A stretch of DNA of 64,000 nt from Podospora anserina (taxonomy: Eukaryota): positions 2,542,001-2,606,000 of the forward strand of contig CM030338.1 of the NCBI GenBank assembly GCA_017654855.1, read 5' to 3'. Below are positions 23,101 to 37,328 of this stretch, one piece after another. The notes under the pieces are model-generated. The model was given only the letters and a program-made list of their open reading frames with translations, did no database searches and was not told where the DNA came from. Within the stretch, counting starts at the first letter, position 1; each line of letters begins with the position of its first letter. Both the position numbers and the translations under genes were made by a program.

Positions 23101-24826
23101 AAAAGAGCGAGGTCGCAGAGGCCTATGCTGCCCCAAGCGGTTAGGCCGGGATGTGTTGCGCTGTTCTCTTGCCATTCGTCGTCATCTCCCAGCGCTGGTC
23201 CAAGACAGTGCCGAGAGCGGTCGCTGGCACGTTGGAGGTTGCCCATGTTGCCGGCCAACCACCCAGTGCTCGTCCACCCATTCCGGACTTGACGATCACG
23301 GCACACCCTTGTCTCCCCCTTGTCACTTCTCGCCGTGGCAGGCACTTGTTGCTCAGCCCACTTTTGATGACAAGTCTGGCCAGTCCCGTTCCAGCGTTCC
23401 GTTGCCTTCCAGTCACTGCTTGCATCTTCTATCCCCCAGTCCCCAGTCCCCCAGCGTCCCAGTGCCCCCCCGTCCCCCCATACAACTCGCTGCCTCCCGC
23501 TTTTGTTTGCTTTCCAAACGCTCCCTCTCCACCGCCTCTTTCCACCTCCTACCATCATCATCATCACTCACCCTCCAACGAGTTGTCGTATAATTCTGCA
23601 CGCCGACGCTGTCGCCCGCTCCCGCACTCGCACTCGCACTCTCACTCGCCGCGCAGTCAATCAGTCTCTTTGAATAGAGCGCTCCCCATCGACTCCGACT
23701 AATTGCGACTGCCTCTGCGCTGCAGAATCATCGATTGGCTTTGAGCCCGCTTGAGCTACTCCGTCTCGCGATAACATCACCGCTCACCCGCGACCGCTCA
23801 CTGTCTCTCGAAGACGACCAACTCCTGTGCTGTTGATAACACGGCAATTTTGTTTGCAAGCCAGCGACCACCGAGCACGCAATTCAATTACGGAAGCACT
23901 CGCTCTCTCTGCTCTGCTCTGCTCTGCTCTCCTGACCTGACTTTTGCCCCGGACCCGGTCACCCCCCGAATCCGCCCGCTGCCGAGAGCACCTGCCCAGT
24001 CCTCCGATCGGACTCCACCGGTTGTGAATTCACACACCTCAGTTCGTTGAACAAGGGGGCCGAAGAGTCATCTCTTCGTCCACCTGTTCCCCATAGGCAC
24101 CTCAGCTCCCGCATGTTATCAACGACGTCCCGCCAGGTGTTTCCATAGCTGCAACTTCCTCTCCGGTTTGCTGTCTGCCACCTGGTCTCACTAGCCCATC
24201 GCCAACAACCTACCCGGGCTACCCCCTTCGCCGACAATAGCTGTGTGCTAGTCACCCGCTGCCCAGCTTCATCAGCTCTCCCTCTCCAACCATAGCGCCG
24301 TCCTCCTACCTCGCCGCCGGCCTATAGTCATTGGTTGCCTGGACCGCACTTCCAACCCTTGACTTCCATCACCACCAACCTCAAACCAAACAACAACAAC
24401 CACACACCTCGCCTTTCATTTTTGTATCGATGTTATAACGACCTTTTCCTTTTACTGCATTCTGGACCGTTAGTCCGTCATTTTCTCCGACATCCTTTGA
24501 CCGCTTGTTTCCTTTATTTCGACACTTCAACCATCAACAAATACCCGCACATATGAGCTTAAGCCAGTGAACGACTCAACTACCTTTGTTTTCTTTTCGC
24601 TCCCCGCCCCTGTACATCTCTCCTTTCCCGCCTCTCTTCCCCCTCGCGAACCTCTCTCGACAATCGACTGGTTGTGCTTGTTTTCTCCGCAGTACAAATC
24701 GAAAAGTTGTCTCGATAGGAACAGGGTGCGATCAGCATTAGACCAGGGGGTGAGGGAAAAAGCTCCGTCGGAACTTGTACCACCAACAACGCTTCATACC
24801 TTTTACAGCTATTTCTCTAATCAAAA

Positions 24827-26893
24827 ATGGAATGCCTTCGCGACGACTTTCAGCGCGGCGTCATCCTCGGCGGCCGGTATCAGACCATCTCCCCACTCAA
24901 CCACGGCTCGTTCGGCCAGGTTTTGCTCGCCAAGGATCTTCGAACAAGTGAGACTGTGGCCATCAAGTGCATCACAAAGCAGTCTGCTGCCAATGACGCC
25001 GGCATCGAGTTCGCCATCGACGAGAAGTCGGAGGAAATCGCTGTGCACAAGCACTTGGGATCTCATCCGAGCATTGTCAACCATCTTGATGACTTTGAAA
25101 CTGAGCATCACAAGTACCTGGTCCTCGAGTTCTGCGAGCGCGGTGACCTGTACGAGGCCATCCGCATCGATCATGGCCCCCTCGAGACGGAACACGTGAG
25201 ACGCTTCATGTTGCAGCTCGTCGACGCCGTGGAATACTGCCATGCCAAGGGTGTCTTCCACCGTGACATCAAGCCCGAGAACATCTTCTTGACCCAAGAC
25301 GGCTCCATGAAGCTTGGTGACTTTGGACTTGCTACCAGGGATGAGTGGACCACCGAGGTCATGGTCGGAAGCGACCGCTATATGTCCCCAGAACAGTATG
25401 AGAATGATGGTGACGGATACTCGCCTGCTCAAGCCGACATCTGGGCCATTGGTATCTGCCTGCTGAACATCCTGTTCTCTCGGAACCCCTTCGCCACGCC
25501 GACCCCCGCCGATCCCCTGTTCTTGGACTTCACCAGAGACAAGCAGTCGTTGTTTGACGTGTTCCCCATGATGTCAGCAGATACCTTCGAGGTTATCGAC
25601 CACTGCATGAACTTGGACCCCGCCAAGCGCTCTCTTGCCGCCACCCGTCAAGCGCTCCTCCGTGTCAAGAGCTTCACCACCCAGGATGAGGATCTCGTGG
25701 ATGCCTTCTGCTCCGCCGACCGCCGTGTTGTCGCCAGCGCCAACCGTGAGCCCCTTCGCACACCGTCCGTGCAGAGCCCCATGGTGGACACTGGTGCCTT
25801 CCCTTGGGCCAAGGCCCTCCAGGCCACCCCTCCCAAGCCCATCCGCCAACTCAGCATCATCCACGACTACGACGAGGGTTACGACGAGGACTTGTTCTCG
25901 AGGTCCGGCGGCACCGACTGGTTCTCCAAGCCAACGCAAACACCCATGTCATCCTTTGTGGACTCGAGCTTGGGAGCTTCCATCCAGTCCTCCAACCTCT
26001 ACAACTTCCAGCCCAGACTTCCAGCAAAGGCTTTGGCCAAGGTGTCACCCATGGCTGGGTCTCTTCCCATCAACATGTCCAAGAACCGAAACCAATCTGC
26101 CATGTCATGGGCCTTCAGCCGCGAGAACAACCAGGTCTCTAAGAGCTGGAGTGATCTTTGGGACGACGAGGAGGAGGAGCAGCAGCAGGAGCAGGCTAGG
26201 CAACTGCAGGCTCTGAAGGAGATGAACTCGAGGACTTGGAGCCACGAGAGTCAGACCAAGACTCCCGTTGCTGACAACGACGACACCCCTCGTCTTGGCC
26301 TGTCACCCATCACCAAGACGGCCAGCGTTGTCAACCTCAACGACAAGGAGAACGAGATCCCGTCCATTGACGCCGCCCTGGGCTCCGCCATCGACGATGA
26401 CGACTTTGATTCGGATGGTCTCTTCCTCTACGAAGCTCCGCCTGTCAAGGAGGAACCTCAGCGCCCCAGTCGCGCTTCTCCCAAACGCAGCGGTGTGGAC
26501 AAGTGGTCGGTTCTGGGAGAGCGCCGACGGGCTTGCAACGGCACTACACCTTCCAAGGCCCCAGAGGTCACCCTTCGGACAGGGCATCATATGGGGGCTG
26601 GCTTCCCTAGCAACACACCATCGAAGGCGCATGGCGTTCATGATTTCTTCAGCGGCGTTGATCACCACACTCCCGTTTCCACATTCAACCTCTCTACTCA
26701 CAACAAGAACAACAACAATCATCATTACACCCCACACCGCAGGGGTAGCAACCATGGGAAGGAGCGCATCAAGGAGTGCCCATGGAGCAAGGGACGCGAT
26801 CGAGACTGGAATTTTGATTGGCGCAAGGATAAGCGCAACGCCTTTGGCGATCTCGAGTGGGTTGGTGGCTGGCCAGCAGCGGCTCGCTCATAA
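24827..26893 (+). CDS. KSP1: Ran1-family Ser/Thr protein kinase, Ksp1-like
   Basis: Kinase motifs LNHGSFGQV, VAIKC, ERGDLYEAI, FHRDIKPENI, KLGDFGLA, GSDRYMSPE, DIWAIGI and RNPF. C-terminal SKSWSDLWDDEEE motif. Confidence 0.88.
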   Translation: MECLRDDFQRGVILGGRYQTISPLNHGSFGQVLLAKDLRTSETVAIKCITKQSAANDAGIEFAIDEKSEEIAVHKHLGSHPSIVNHLDDFETEHHKYLVLEFCERGDLYEAIRIDHGPLETEHVRRFMLQLVDAVEYCHAKGVFHRDIKPENIFLTQDGSMKLGDFGLATRDEWTTEVMVGSDRYMSPEQYENDGDGYSPAQADIWAIGICLLNILFSRNPFATPTPADPLFLDFTRDKQSLFDVFPMMSADTFEVIDHCMNLDPAKRSLAATRQALLRVKSFTTQDEDLVDAFCSADRRVVASANREPLRTPSVQSPMVDTGAFPWAKALQATPPKPIRQLSIIHDYDEGYDEDLFSRSGGTDWFSKPTQTPMSSFVDSSLGASIQSSNLYNFQPRLPAKALAKVSPMAGSLPINMSKNRNQSAMSWAFSRENNQVSKSWSDLWDDEEEEQQQEQARQLQALKEMNSRTWSHESQTKTPVADNDDTPRLGLSPITKTASVVNLNDKENEIPSIDAALGSAIDDDDFDSDGLFLYEAPPVKEEPQRPSRASPKRSGVDKWSVLGERRRACNGTTPSKAPEVTLRTGHHMGAGFPSNTPSKAHGVHDFFSGVDHHTPVSTFNLSTHNKNNNNHHYTPHRRGSNHGKERIKECPWSKGRDRDWNFDWRKDKRNAFGDLEWVGGWPAAARS

Positions 26894-27936
26894 AGAGCTG
26901 GGTTGATCTGGGTGCCGGTCACCAATCGTGGTTGGGCCATTTTACCATCCTACCCTCACTCTCCAATACCCTTCCATCGATCGGACATCGATGTTTACTA
27001 TTTTCTTCTTTCGGTGTATGGAAAGACTTTTTTGCTGACTCTTGCTGGTGTTTGTTTTCTCCTTCTTTTTGTTTTCTTTGTTTATTAATTTTTCCGGTTT
27101 CTGGTGTTTTCGCCTGTCATGGCTGAAGGAGTTTTTGGGTTTCAACATCATCATCAAACAACCTACAATCGCAGGTTGAACCACATCTACATAGGGGGCT
27201 TTTTTTTTCGGGCGACAGCATAGCATGGGTTTTTTTCTCTTTTAGAATCCGAAATGAGACAAATGGCAAACTGGAGGGCGTCTGTTAGGAGGTTTTTCTT
27301 TTTTCAAAGGGTGTGGCAATCACACAGAAACTGGACATTGGGTTGGATCACTTTATTACTCTACTCTTTATTGACATTCATCATGGGAGGGGACGGCGAA
27401 CAGCAACACCAGCAAGCAAGTTTGTTTTTTCTCAAAAGCAAAGGAGGAGTCAGCAAATCATTTTCTTTCGAAAAAAGTCTTTTTTTTCATTCATCGAGAG
27501 TTGGGAGGGGAAAATGCGAAAAATTGGAGAGGCATGGCTATCCAGGAAGGGTACACTTTTTTGGATGGATAAAATCGTTGGCATTCAACTCGCTTTCTGA
27601 GTATGAAAGATATATTTGGTCTTGAGGGATTGATTATTAGTCTAGAAATACCAGAAGTTACCCACTCGAACACTCTTTGACTCCTTTGCATTGTGACTTG
27701 ACTTGATGCCTTGATGACTGATTACTTGATTGAGTTGATTCATTTCTCGTGAGTCTTGTGTGTATGACACGATAGGTAAATGGGGGCCTGATGTGTTGAT
27801 TTTGGTGGTCTGAGACTTGGTCTCTCAGCCCACGGGCCTGTCAAGGCCGTCTGGGCTGATTATCTCCGTTCTTTGTGAGACCTGTCACGTTGCTGTTGAC
27901 GGGACGGTTAGTAGAGGAGTGGTGGGTGGGACAGGG

Positions 27937-27939
<3 letters not shown>

Positions 27940-27987
<48 letters not shown>
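27940..27987. repeat. (TG)24 microsatellite
   Basis: Perfect dinucleotide run. Confidence 0.97.
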
Positions 27988-27988
<1 letters not shown>

Positions 27989-28109
27989 TGACGGGGTATA
28001 AGACAGGGAGCGGATGGGATGGATACAGGACTAAGACAGGCAGATGTTGTGGAACGAAGATCGAGTGAGGCGTTGGGTGAGGGTTATCCATACCTGCCTA
28101 CCTATACCT

Positions 28110-28143
28110 CTTTTCTTTTTTTTTTTTTTTTTTTTTTTTTTTT
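28110..28143. repeat. Poly(T) tract
   Basis: T run with a single C interruption. Confidence 0.95.
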
Positions 28144-28297
28144 GGTAAGTCCGAAGAGGCTTCATGTTAGTATTATAACCCTTGCTTTTTAAACTCTTGG
28201 GTTAATAGGCGGGTTCTTGGACGCTTTGTAGTTTGATGGCTGCTCTCTACGCTAATTTCTCAACATAATGCATCCCTACCCACCCACCCACACACAA

Positions 28298-28486
<189 letters not shown>

Positions 28487-29387
28487 CTCGGGGCGGAACA
28501 AACTTTAAGCTGATTTTAGACGGCGAGAGCTGGCATGTGTGTGAGTGTGTGTGTGTGTATGTGGTGTGTCTGAGGGGACATTTCAGTCATGAGAGAGATT
28601 TGTCCCCGAGGAAAGTATTCAAACCGGTGAGAGAGGTATCACAGGCAAGGCAGTCAGGTACCACACCCGCCCGTGAGTGGGAAAAAGCATGCGAGACAAC
28701 TCGTGTGTTTAACACAATGACTGTTGTACCAGGTAACGCATACCACCGTTATCCCGTTCTTGCAAAAAGTCACATGGCGTGACTGGCCGTGGTGAGCGAA
28801 TCTAGGTGGGATAAATAGTCAGTAATACGCTTGACATGATTGTAACACCACCGCCATATTGAAGATATCAGTGGAGACACAAAGTTATAGTGTCCAAATG
28901 ATGCCTTCAATGACTCCAAAACGGAAATATAGTCCACGGCTTGTCAAAGCATTGTAGCCTCCCTGAGAGAATAGAGCACATTACATCTACGATCAACAGC
29001 TTTGAGGATTCAATTACTGCCAATATATGCTCATTGCCATGTTCCTCCGTGTATGCATACATGTATATGCTCACAGCAAACCGCAAGAATAAAATAACAA
29101 GAACGCTATGTGACGAATGAAAAACCAACAGTACACAATGATGATACAAAACAGGCGTCAGTAAACAACAAGACAAGAAAAAGACGACCGCAGCTCATCC
29201 CATCATGCACCACATATGTCATGGCGCGCGTGTGTTGCATGTCCCAACGATTCATTAAATCGTGCCTCAGCCAGCATCAACTTCATTGTCCATCTTTTTC
29301 GCAACCTCTCCATCCATTCCTCAACCTGGGTATAAATCCATGCACCACAACCTTCAACCATCAAACACCAATATACATCATGACCCA

Positions 29388-31879
29388 TCACTGAAAGTAG
29401 GTGGGGTCAGCAGCAACCTTCTCGGCACCAATCCAGCTCTTGGGCAAAAAGGCCCAGATAGTTCCGATGACACTTAGAATCGTCGACAGAATCATCATGC
29501 TCATGACTGCGATTCTCTCCTTGCTCTGAATCTCACTCGCGAAGAGCTTCAGGTAAAAGGCCAATGGCAAGCTGGAGAATGGTCAGTGTGATACCAGAAA
29601 GCCGTAGGTGATAGTGAAACTTACGTCACGCAAATGGTAAAACACAAAGCGCTCCCCATGAAGGCCATGATGCTATCAAAGGCCGGGAAGAGAATCGCAA
29701 TGACCAAGAACACAATGATGACCACGACACGGACGACCACCTTCATCACCCCACGGAAATACATCGACCTCCCAATGAAACCAGCATTGTCGGCAACGGT
29801 CTGAGTGTTCAGGCCGAACAGGACCTCGATCGTCGACACGATAGGGCGAGCATTCAGGGGAATCTTGGTGAGAGGGATGATGGCCACGAAGAAGGTCATG
29901 AACACGGTGAGCACTCGCGGGTAGCTGGCTTCCATCAAGAGATTGGAAGTGATCTCGTCGCGGACGTCGTCGCCAAACATCAGGAGACCGGCAACGGCAG
30001 TGACGGCGTCAAGAATGTACTAAGCTAATGTTAGCAACCACTGGTTATGGAAGGGCATTCACACGACACTTACGGTGAATGAGAAGGAATACTTGAGCGC
30101 CTTGGCGTACTTGTAGGGATGTCTCATGTCACGATAGATCTCGTCTTGTCAGTTTTTTCTTCCCACGAAAAACCTGTCGATATGTCGATCGCTTACATTT
30201 GGAAACACACTGTGCCCGCCCCTATGATCAGTTAGCAATGTGTGGTTCTGAGCGGGAGTCGATGTTGGCTCACCAAGGAGACATGAGCAGCCCGAAAGAC
30301 AGCGGCAAAGTCAACCAGTTCTCAGGGAGAAGGTAGGTCTTTGCCGGCTCAATGAGGGAACCAGGTGTAGTTGGCTTCAAGAACCCGTCGAGCAGCAAGA
30401 TGAGCACAACTAAACGACCATGTCAGCATCTAATGCCCACGCGAACCAACATTTCACAAGACTTACTGCTGAGGCAGGAAAAGATACCAAGAATACTCGT
30501 AAAACTCAGCAGCCGCAGTGGCATGAAGTTCAGAGGTATCAGTATCGCGGCGCAAAACACTTTCCACCCATTTACAGACAAGAACCCGGGGAACAGCAGA
30601 TCAAGAGAGTCAGCAAACAACACAATCAGCGCAACACATGCAGCAAGAAGCTCGAGCGTAAAAAGCACACTGGTCGCTATTCGCGCATTGCGTCCGAAAG
30701 AGATGAAGGCCAGGTCGGAAAAGGTGATCAGGCTGGGGTCCAGATCCATACACTTTGCGAGGAGTTTGGCCGTATAAGCCGTTACTGCAGCGCATAGGAA
30801 CAAGGCCACCATGCCTATGATCCAACCGGCATACTTGATACCCATGGGCAAGCTCAGGAGACCAACGCCGATCAAGACGCTTCGGAACGTCAGTACACTC
30901 ACCAGACTGAACACGGAAAGCAGACAGTGGCACTTACTTGGTCGAGTTGAACACAGTCTGGGGCAGCGTAGACTGACCCTCGACAGCCAGCACAATCTTG
31001 CCATCCTGCTCCACCTCCTTGACCAAAATAGGGGCAATTTCGTCATCTGGAACATTGGCACCGCTCTCCTGCTGCTGCTGCCAGAGCGCAGCCGCCTCGG
31101 CCATGGACGCCCTGCTGACACTGGACCGTATTGTGCCATAGTCGATGTTAGATCCGTAGCTTCCCACAATCGAGGGCGTCGCTAGATGAGGAGGAATGGC
31201 AAAGATCGAAGTGCCCGACATCGACTGATGACTGCCAGTCCGGAACAATGGTCCTCCTAGTTCCTGCTCGAGGGCCTTCGCCTCCCGTTCACGGTAGTCA
31301 GCGGCAGCGACCTGGCGGCCTGGAGAGAAGCTAGCGCCTGGCTCAGGGCTTTCCCTTTCCTCCCTGATGGGCTGGTCGGCGAGACTTTGTTGGTGGGCAG
31401 CGGCCTGGAAGTGCTCGTGGAGCAGGGAGGTCCTCTCGGCGGAGCCTTGTTCGGCCGTGTCGATGGGACTTCGGCCATACTGAATCGGCTGGTGGGTTTG
31501 GTCTGGCGCAAAGACGAACGAGGGTCGTTGGGGGATAACTTCACTGAAACCAGCCGCACGCTGCCAACTGCGGGTGAAGGAACGGATACTGTTGACACCG
31601 CCGATGTCTGTCAGGGCAGTCAGGCGGTTGGTGATGGAGGATCTGTGATTGCCAAGTCAATATTTCAGCCGTAGGTAGCTCGCGTGATCGTGCAACGCAC
31701 CTCCTCCGTCTCAGGTGTGGCCACTCGCCATCGTCCTGGTTGGAGTCCACACTCCTTCCTAGGAGAGACTCGTTTTCAAACTGTACACTCCTGTTCCCTA
31801 TCGAAGAAACACTGCCGGTTCGTGACATTCCGCCGCGCTCATACTGGTCCCAGGTGGTGGGGTTATTTCTCGAGGCCAT
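29388..31879 (-). CDS. AVT1: Vacuolar amino acid transporter (Aa_trans family), Avt1-like, multi-exon
   Basis: Motifs GQSTLPQTVFNS, VLIGVGLLSLP, LFTLELLAACVALIVLFADSL, GGHSVFPN/IYRDMRHP, IIPLTKIPLNARPI and FDSIMAFMGS. Several short canonical introns; internal boundaries not fully resolved. Confidence 0.9.
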
Positions 31880-33472
31880 CTGGTCTTGCGGGAGGCGCTC
31901 GAGGCTCCAGACTCAGGTATGCCTTGGTCTTTGGACAGCCTTCAGTTGGGACGTCACAACAAAGGAAAGGAAAAAGAGATTTCAGAGACACACAGAGAGA
32001 AACAGACAAGTCAAGCAAGCAAAAAACTCGTGGGCTGGTGGTGTGTGTGTGTTTTCGCAAGCCGTCGCGGGGGATGTCACCAACGCGCCCGCAAAGCAGG
32101 GTCTGGCCCGGGGACGATTCAGTTTACAGGTGGGCTCGGTGGAGATGGTGGGGTGTGGTGATGGATGCTAGGGCGTAGCGACGAGACCGTGGACGATCGG
32201 GCAACGTTGGAGGCTCAACGATCACAAACGGCTTTGGCAGGACTGGGAGGAGAGAATAAACGGTTGTGCGACCTGCTGCTGGGAGGAATTCGAGAGTGTT
32301 CCAGGGCGGCTATGGCACATGGGCTGGAGACGACATCATCGACAAGCTTGCTTGCATGACAAAAGGCAACTCCCAGTTCTGCAAGTGCTGTGTTAGTGCT
32401 GTTCCCACTGTGGAGCATCCGGTCCTTCAAGGCGGCAGATCACCCAACTCTCAGCGAGACTCCAACCTGGGATCCCATGGCGGTCAATCTCTTTCCAACC
32501 TCTTCCCCGCCCATCCTCCTCTCTCTTGTGCTGGTGTCTCTGAAGCACCAAGCTATGACGCGAAGTTTGACAAAGCTCGGCTTATCATCTTATCGAGCGA
32601 GGTCGGCCAAGAGGACAGTTACCACTTTGCTTGTGCTGTCATTGGCCAATGACCCCGAGTGATAGCGGCTGCGGCACATGCTCCTGCCGAACAAGGACGA
32701 CATACATAATACAGGAGATATTCCACCGCCTTCGAGATGTCTCCTCCTGAGAATAACTGCCCTGCCTGGCCCGGGCTCTGGGGACAATTGCAACTCTACA
32801 ATCTTTTGATTTTCACCTCTTGTACTCGTTATTACCGTTGCAAACACAGCTGGCTATGCTGCCATTCATCCCGCTGCTGGACAACGCTAGTCTGTTCACC
32901 TGGCCCAGCATGCCCCCCCACAATATGCATGCAACCTTAGCCATGTTCACCGGCTCCGGCCAGTCACACGTTATCAGCTCCCTCAGCCGTCCGTTTACTA
33001 AGATAACATGCAAGCCTCCAACGTTGGGAAACCGCCAGGTGATGGTTGGAGATCGGTTGCAGTTTGTAACCAGATCTTCAACCAAGTCTTGCACGATTTT
33101 ACCCCGCACCTTCACGAGGGACGCAGGCCTCGGCGAGTGCCAAGTGGCGAGGTGAACATTTTGAAGTCAGGTGAAGCAGAGCATATGGAACCACCAGAAA
33201 TTCATGAAGAGGAATCAAAGAGAAACCATCTCTTCCGCGATTGCCTGAACTGGGACAGTGTAAATATTGAGAAGATGGGGGTAATTCTCAAAGTCCGGCG
33301 TCTGGCGTTAAACACAGACGCCAGACGCGCGCTAGCGGCAACCAGGGACAGGGGTGAGAGCGGTAGAAAATGGCAGAATCAGTGCGATCCAGCATTCGTC
33401 CCAAATTTTTGGGCAATGTGAGAGTAGGACCCTGCAGCAAACCAGCATTTTGTGACCGCAGTTTTTTCGACA

Positions 33473-35338
33473 ATGTGGAAGAGAGCACGGGAATCCGTCT
33501 GCCTGATCTGCCGGTCGGCGTCAACACCTACCAGAGCTCTTTTGGAGCCAGCCCAGCCATGGCTGGGCCAGAGAACCTTTGCGACAAGGCGACCGGAGCG
33601 GCCGTCCCGCATGGTGCTCTCCGACAGAGTCGCCCGTGGCCCCTCATCACCGCCTGGGAAAGGTGGTGATGCCCCCAAAAAACCTCGAAACAAACCAGAC
33701 GGCCCTTGGGCCGGCATGAACCGAACAGTAGCCAACGTCGACCGCACTCGATCCCCTGCGAAGTTTGCCTCAACTCGTGGCCGCGACGATGGGAACGGCA
33801 AGGATGACAGGAGGGGCGGCAAGGAGCGAGATTTCAAGGCGTTGAAGATGCAGCGCGCCCTATCTACCGTACCCTATTCTCTACGGCAGGCCGTCAAAGC
33901 ACGACTTACCGAGATCGAATCGTTTGACCAGTTTGACCTCAGGCAAGACGTGAAGGATGCCGTCACAAACGAGGTTTTGAAGGGCATGACGGATATCAAG
34001 CCAACACCAGTGCAAAAGCTGGCCATCTCAGCCATGTTGGGGAACCCACTGAAAGAGCTCAGAATAAGGAGGAGGTCCAAGGATGCTTTACAGAGGGAGG
34101 AGTTCTTGTTGGCCGCCGAGACCGGTTCTGGCAAAACGCTGGCGTATCTTTTGCCAACAATTCACCACCTTCGGAAACAGGAGGCCGAGGATGAGAACGT
34201 CGCTAGGTACAACGAACGTCTCCAAGTTGAAAGAGAACACCGCAACGGTGCGCCGGTATCCGAGTGGATCGAGAAGTTTGAACCGCATCCTAATACTGCT
34301 CGCCCCCGCGCCATCGTACTGGTGCCGACAGCCGAGCTGGTTGAGCAAGTCTACAAGGTTGCGAAGTCCATCTCCCACGTGGCCAAGTTCAAGGTCCGCC
34401 CTCTTTCGGCCAACTACAATCCCGCCAAGATCCAACGCAACTTGTACAGCCATGGCGGGATCGATATGATCATCTCTACTCCTCACATTCTCGCCAAGAT
34501 CGCGGAAAGGGACCCCAACATCCTTTCTCGGGTTCACCACCTCGTCATTGACGAGGCTGACTCTCTGTTTGATCGGTCTTTCTCCCCCGAGACCGGAAAG
34601 ATTGTGGATCGCTCGCTGCCTTCGCTCAAGCAAATGGTTCTCTGCTCGGCCACCATCCCTCGTCGCCTCGACAACTACTTGGATGCCCATTTCCCCAACA
34701 TCCAACGCATTGTCACCCCTAACCTCCATGCTATCCCCCGTCGTGTCCAACTCGGTGTGATTGATGTGTCCAAAGACCCATACAGAAACAACAAGCTTCT
34801 CGCCTGCGCCGATGCCATCTGGTCCATCGGCAAGGACGCCGCCTCTCACGACGGCCCTGGTGGTCCAGGTGAAATCGACGTCAAGCGCATCATGGTCTTT
34901 GTCAACGAGCGTGACAGCACACAAGAGGTCACGGACTACCTCATCAGCAAGGGTATCGATGCGGTAGCGCTGCACAGAGACACGTCTGACCAGCGCCAGG
35001 CGGAGGCCCTCGCCACATTCACCAGCAACGAGCCCCTCAGGATTACCAAGGAGGAATCAGAGAAGAGGGCTCAGCTTGTCAAGAGCAGGAGACATTTGCC
35101 CAACACCAAGGTGATTGTCGCCACGGATCTGGCGTCGAGAGGTATCGACACCCTGGCGGTGAGGCATGTGGTGCTGTATGATGTGCCGCACACCACGATC
35201 GATTTCATCCATCGCTTGGGCAGAGCGGGCAGAATGGGGAGGAGAGGAAGGGGTATCGTGCTGGTGGGGAAGAATGACAGGAGAGACGTAGTGGCGGAGG
35301 TGAAGGAGAGCATGTATATGGGACAGGCCCTGATTTAG
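33473..35338 (+). CDS. MRH4: Mitochondrial DEAD-box RNA helicase Mrh4
   Basis: Q motif [31 protein letters not shown] and HRLGRAGR. Arg-rich N-terminal presequence. Confidence 0.9.
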   Translation: MWKRARESVCLICRSASTPTRALLEPAQPWLGQRTFATRRPERPSRMVLSDRVARGPSSPPGKGGDAPKKPRNKPDGPWAGMNRTVANVDRTRSPAKFASTRGRDDGNGKDDRRGGKERDFKALKMQRALSTVPYSLRQAVKARLTEIESFDQFDLRQDVKDAVTNEVLKGMTDIKPTPVQKLAISAMLGNPLKELRIRRRSKDALQREEFLLAAETGSGKTLAYLLPTIHHLRKQEAEDENVARYNERLQVEREHRNGAPVSEWIEKFEPHPNTARPRAIVLVPTAELVEQVYKVAKSISHVAKFKVRPLSANYNPAKIQRNLYSHGGIDMIISTPHILAKIAERDPNILSRVHHLVIDEADSLFDRSFSPETGKIVDRSLPSLKQMVLCSATIPRRLDNYLDAHFPNIQRIVTPNLHAIPRRVQLGVIDVSKDPYRNNKLLACADAIWSIGKDAASHDGPGGPGEIDVKRIMVFVNERDSTQEVTDYLISKGIDAVALHRDTSDQRQAEALATFTSNEPLRITKEESEKRAQLVKSRRHLPNTKVIVATDLASRGIDTLAVRHVVLYDVPHTTIDFIHRLGRAGRMGRRGRGIVLVGKNDRRDVVAEVKESMYMGQALI

Positions 35339-35588
35339 AAGGGTGTTTGTATGATGGAGACGTCGGAATGTACTTTGAAGTGTATTATAGAGATACCTGC
35401 TGCATTAGATGGCGCTTTTATTTTGAGCATATCTTTCGGTCCTCTTTTGAACCAACGGTGCTGTCCAGCCAGCAAAATCCGAATGGTCTCCAACTTTTTT
35501 TCTTCTTCATCAATCTCGTATACGGTCGTGATCGTAAATCATACCAAGTCATGATTTTTCGTCCATCATGAGCAACCACTTCCTCCTC

Positions 35589-37328
35589 CTAAAACTTCCC
35601 GACCTCCCACGTCCTAACCTTGCTCAGCGTCCTCTTCCTCATGGCCGTCATGATCTGCTGCTCCATTGCCTCGATCCCCTTCTCGATGTCTGCGTCTTCG
35701 GCTTCGTACTTTTTGTCTCGGCGCTTGTCCCATATCCTCCAGATCAGGACAATCAGCAGCGTCAATGGAACAGTAATGACGAAATAAATCCATAAATCCG
35801 GGGACACGACCTGGTTCTCTCTTTCTTCGCCACCGCCACCGCTGGAGACGGGCCCGTTGTTGCGGGAGTGATTGTTGTTGTCGTTGAAGTCAAAGAATGT
35901 CATGCTGAACACCGAAGCGAGGTAGGTTGCCGGGAGGAATATCGCGCCAAGCAGGGAGAGGGTCTTCATCGAGGAGGAATCGCGTTTGGCGTTGTGGGCG
36001 AGACGGCGCTGTTCCCCGGCCATCTTGAGGGAGAGCTTTGACTCTTTCTGGGCGATGATGTTGTAGAGCTGTTTGCAACATCTCAGTCAGCAAAACCCCC
36101 CGAAACCACATCGCGATAAAACAGGGTGGTAACGAACCGCCGCCCTCTGAATCCCCAACCTCTCCAGCGTAGTATGAGCGTAGTTCTCGATCCCATTCAG
36201 CTTTGCCCGATAAAACTCCAACCTCGCCAGCATACTCCTGTGCACCTTTCCCGTCTCCCCTCCCACCCTATACCTACTCCCCCCTCCATCACTGTCCATC
36301 ATCCCATCCACAATCGCCCAAAACTCGCCCATCCCCTCCTTCATAACCCTCACAATCTCCAAATACGCCTGCGGCCTCTTCCACAGCACCTGCGAGTGAC
36401 ACTCGACCAGATCCCGGTTGATCTGGTCCAGATCAACCATGTTATCCTTTATATACTGCGCCTCCTCCTCCAAGACCTCATTCCTCATGCTAACCGCGTG
36501 CTCCAGCTTCCTCAACCACTCTCTCGCATCCCTCTGCTTCTGATCATTCTTTGCGCTCAAGTCATGAGACAGAACAATGATCGGGAGCAGGAAAGGATGC
36601 AAAACCTGCCCGGCGCACTCCTTCAGATGCCTGATGGCAGTGACCATGTCGCTGCTCGGCGTTCCTTTGGCAAAACCGGTCGTGATGCCCGTGGAAAAGT
36701 CGTGCGACAGCATCAGCTCCCAGCCGCGGGTCAGGCCCTTTTTTCGGACGTCGCTTTTGCGGAAGATGAGCTGCAGGTTTGGCGGGGTGGAGGAAGAAGA
36801 AGGGTCGACGTCGGGGTCGAGGGCGCACCAGAAGAAGGGTCCCACGACCGAGGTCGATTCGATTCCTCGAAAGGGGAGCTTGAGGGCCCGGACCATGAGG
36901 GTGTAGTTTGAGTGTGAGAGGGAGATGTAGGAGGGGGTGAAGGTCTCGGGGTGTTTGGCGTTTTGCTGGAGGATGAGGCGGATACCGGAGAGGAGGGAGA
37001 CGCCGGGTTTTAGTTTGGGGGGTGCGAATGCGCCCTGGGTTTTATGGGGGTTAGTTAAGATCACGGCGGTGGTGATGGGGGCGAAGAGAAAAATTACCCG
37101 GCGATGGCAAAAGTTCCCAAATTCATCTGGTAGCTCGTCTAGTCGGAAGCGGTGTTCTTCTACCGTGCTGAGGGTTGGGTCCTGGTTTTCACATATCAGC
37201 TTTCAACCGGCCCTTCATGAGAGATTGAGAGGAAAGCATACCGAGTAGTTGAAAATCTCCAGATAACTCGTCGCCTCCTGCGCAACCTTGCAGTCGGCGA
37301 CATAGCTCTTGAACATGTAATCATCCAT
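35589..37328 (-). CDS. Fungal CorA-like membrane protein, 4 exons (~37328-37242, 37181-37098, 37035-36139, 36068-35589)
   Basis: C-terminal 'AKRDSSSMKTLSLLGAIFLPATYLASVFSMTFF...WIYFVITVPLT' two-TM signature. The spliced exons stay in frame. Confidence 0.8.

Noticed and set aside
20400-24826. Many 60-180 aa ORFs upstream of the KSP1-like kinase
   Set aside because: Low-complexity, overlapping ORFs without domain signal. Consistent with a long promoter and 5' leader of a regulatory kinase.
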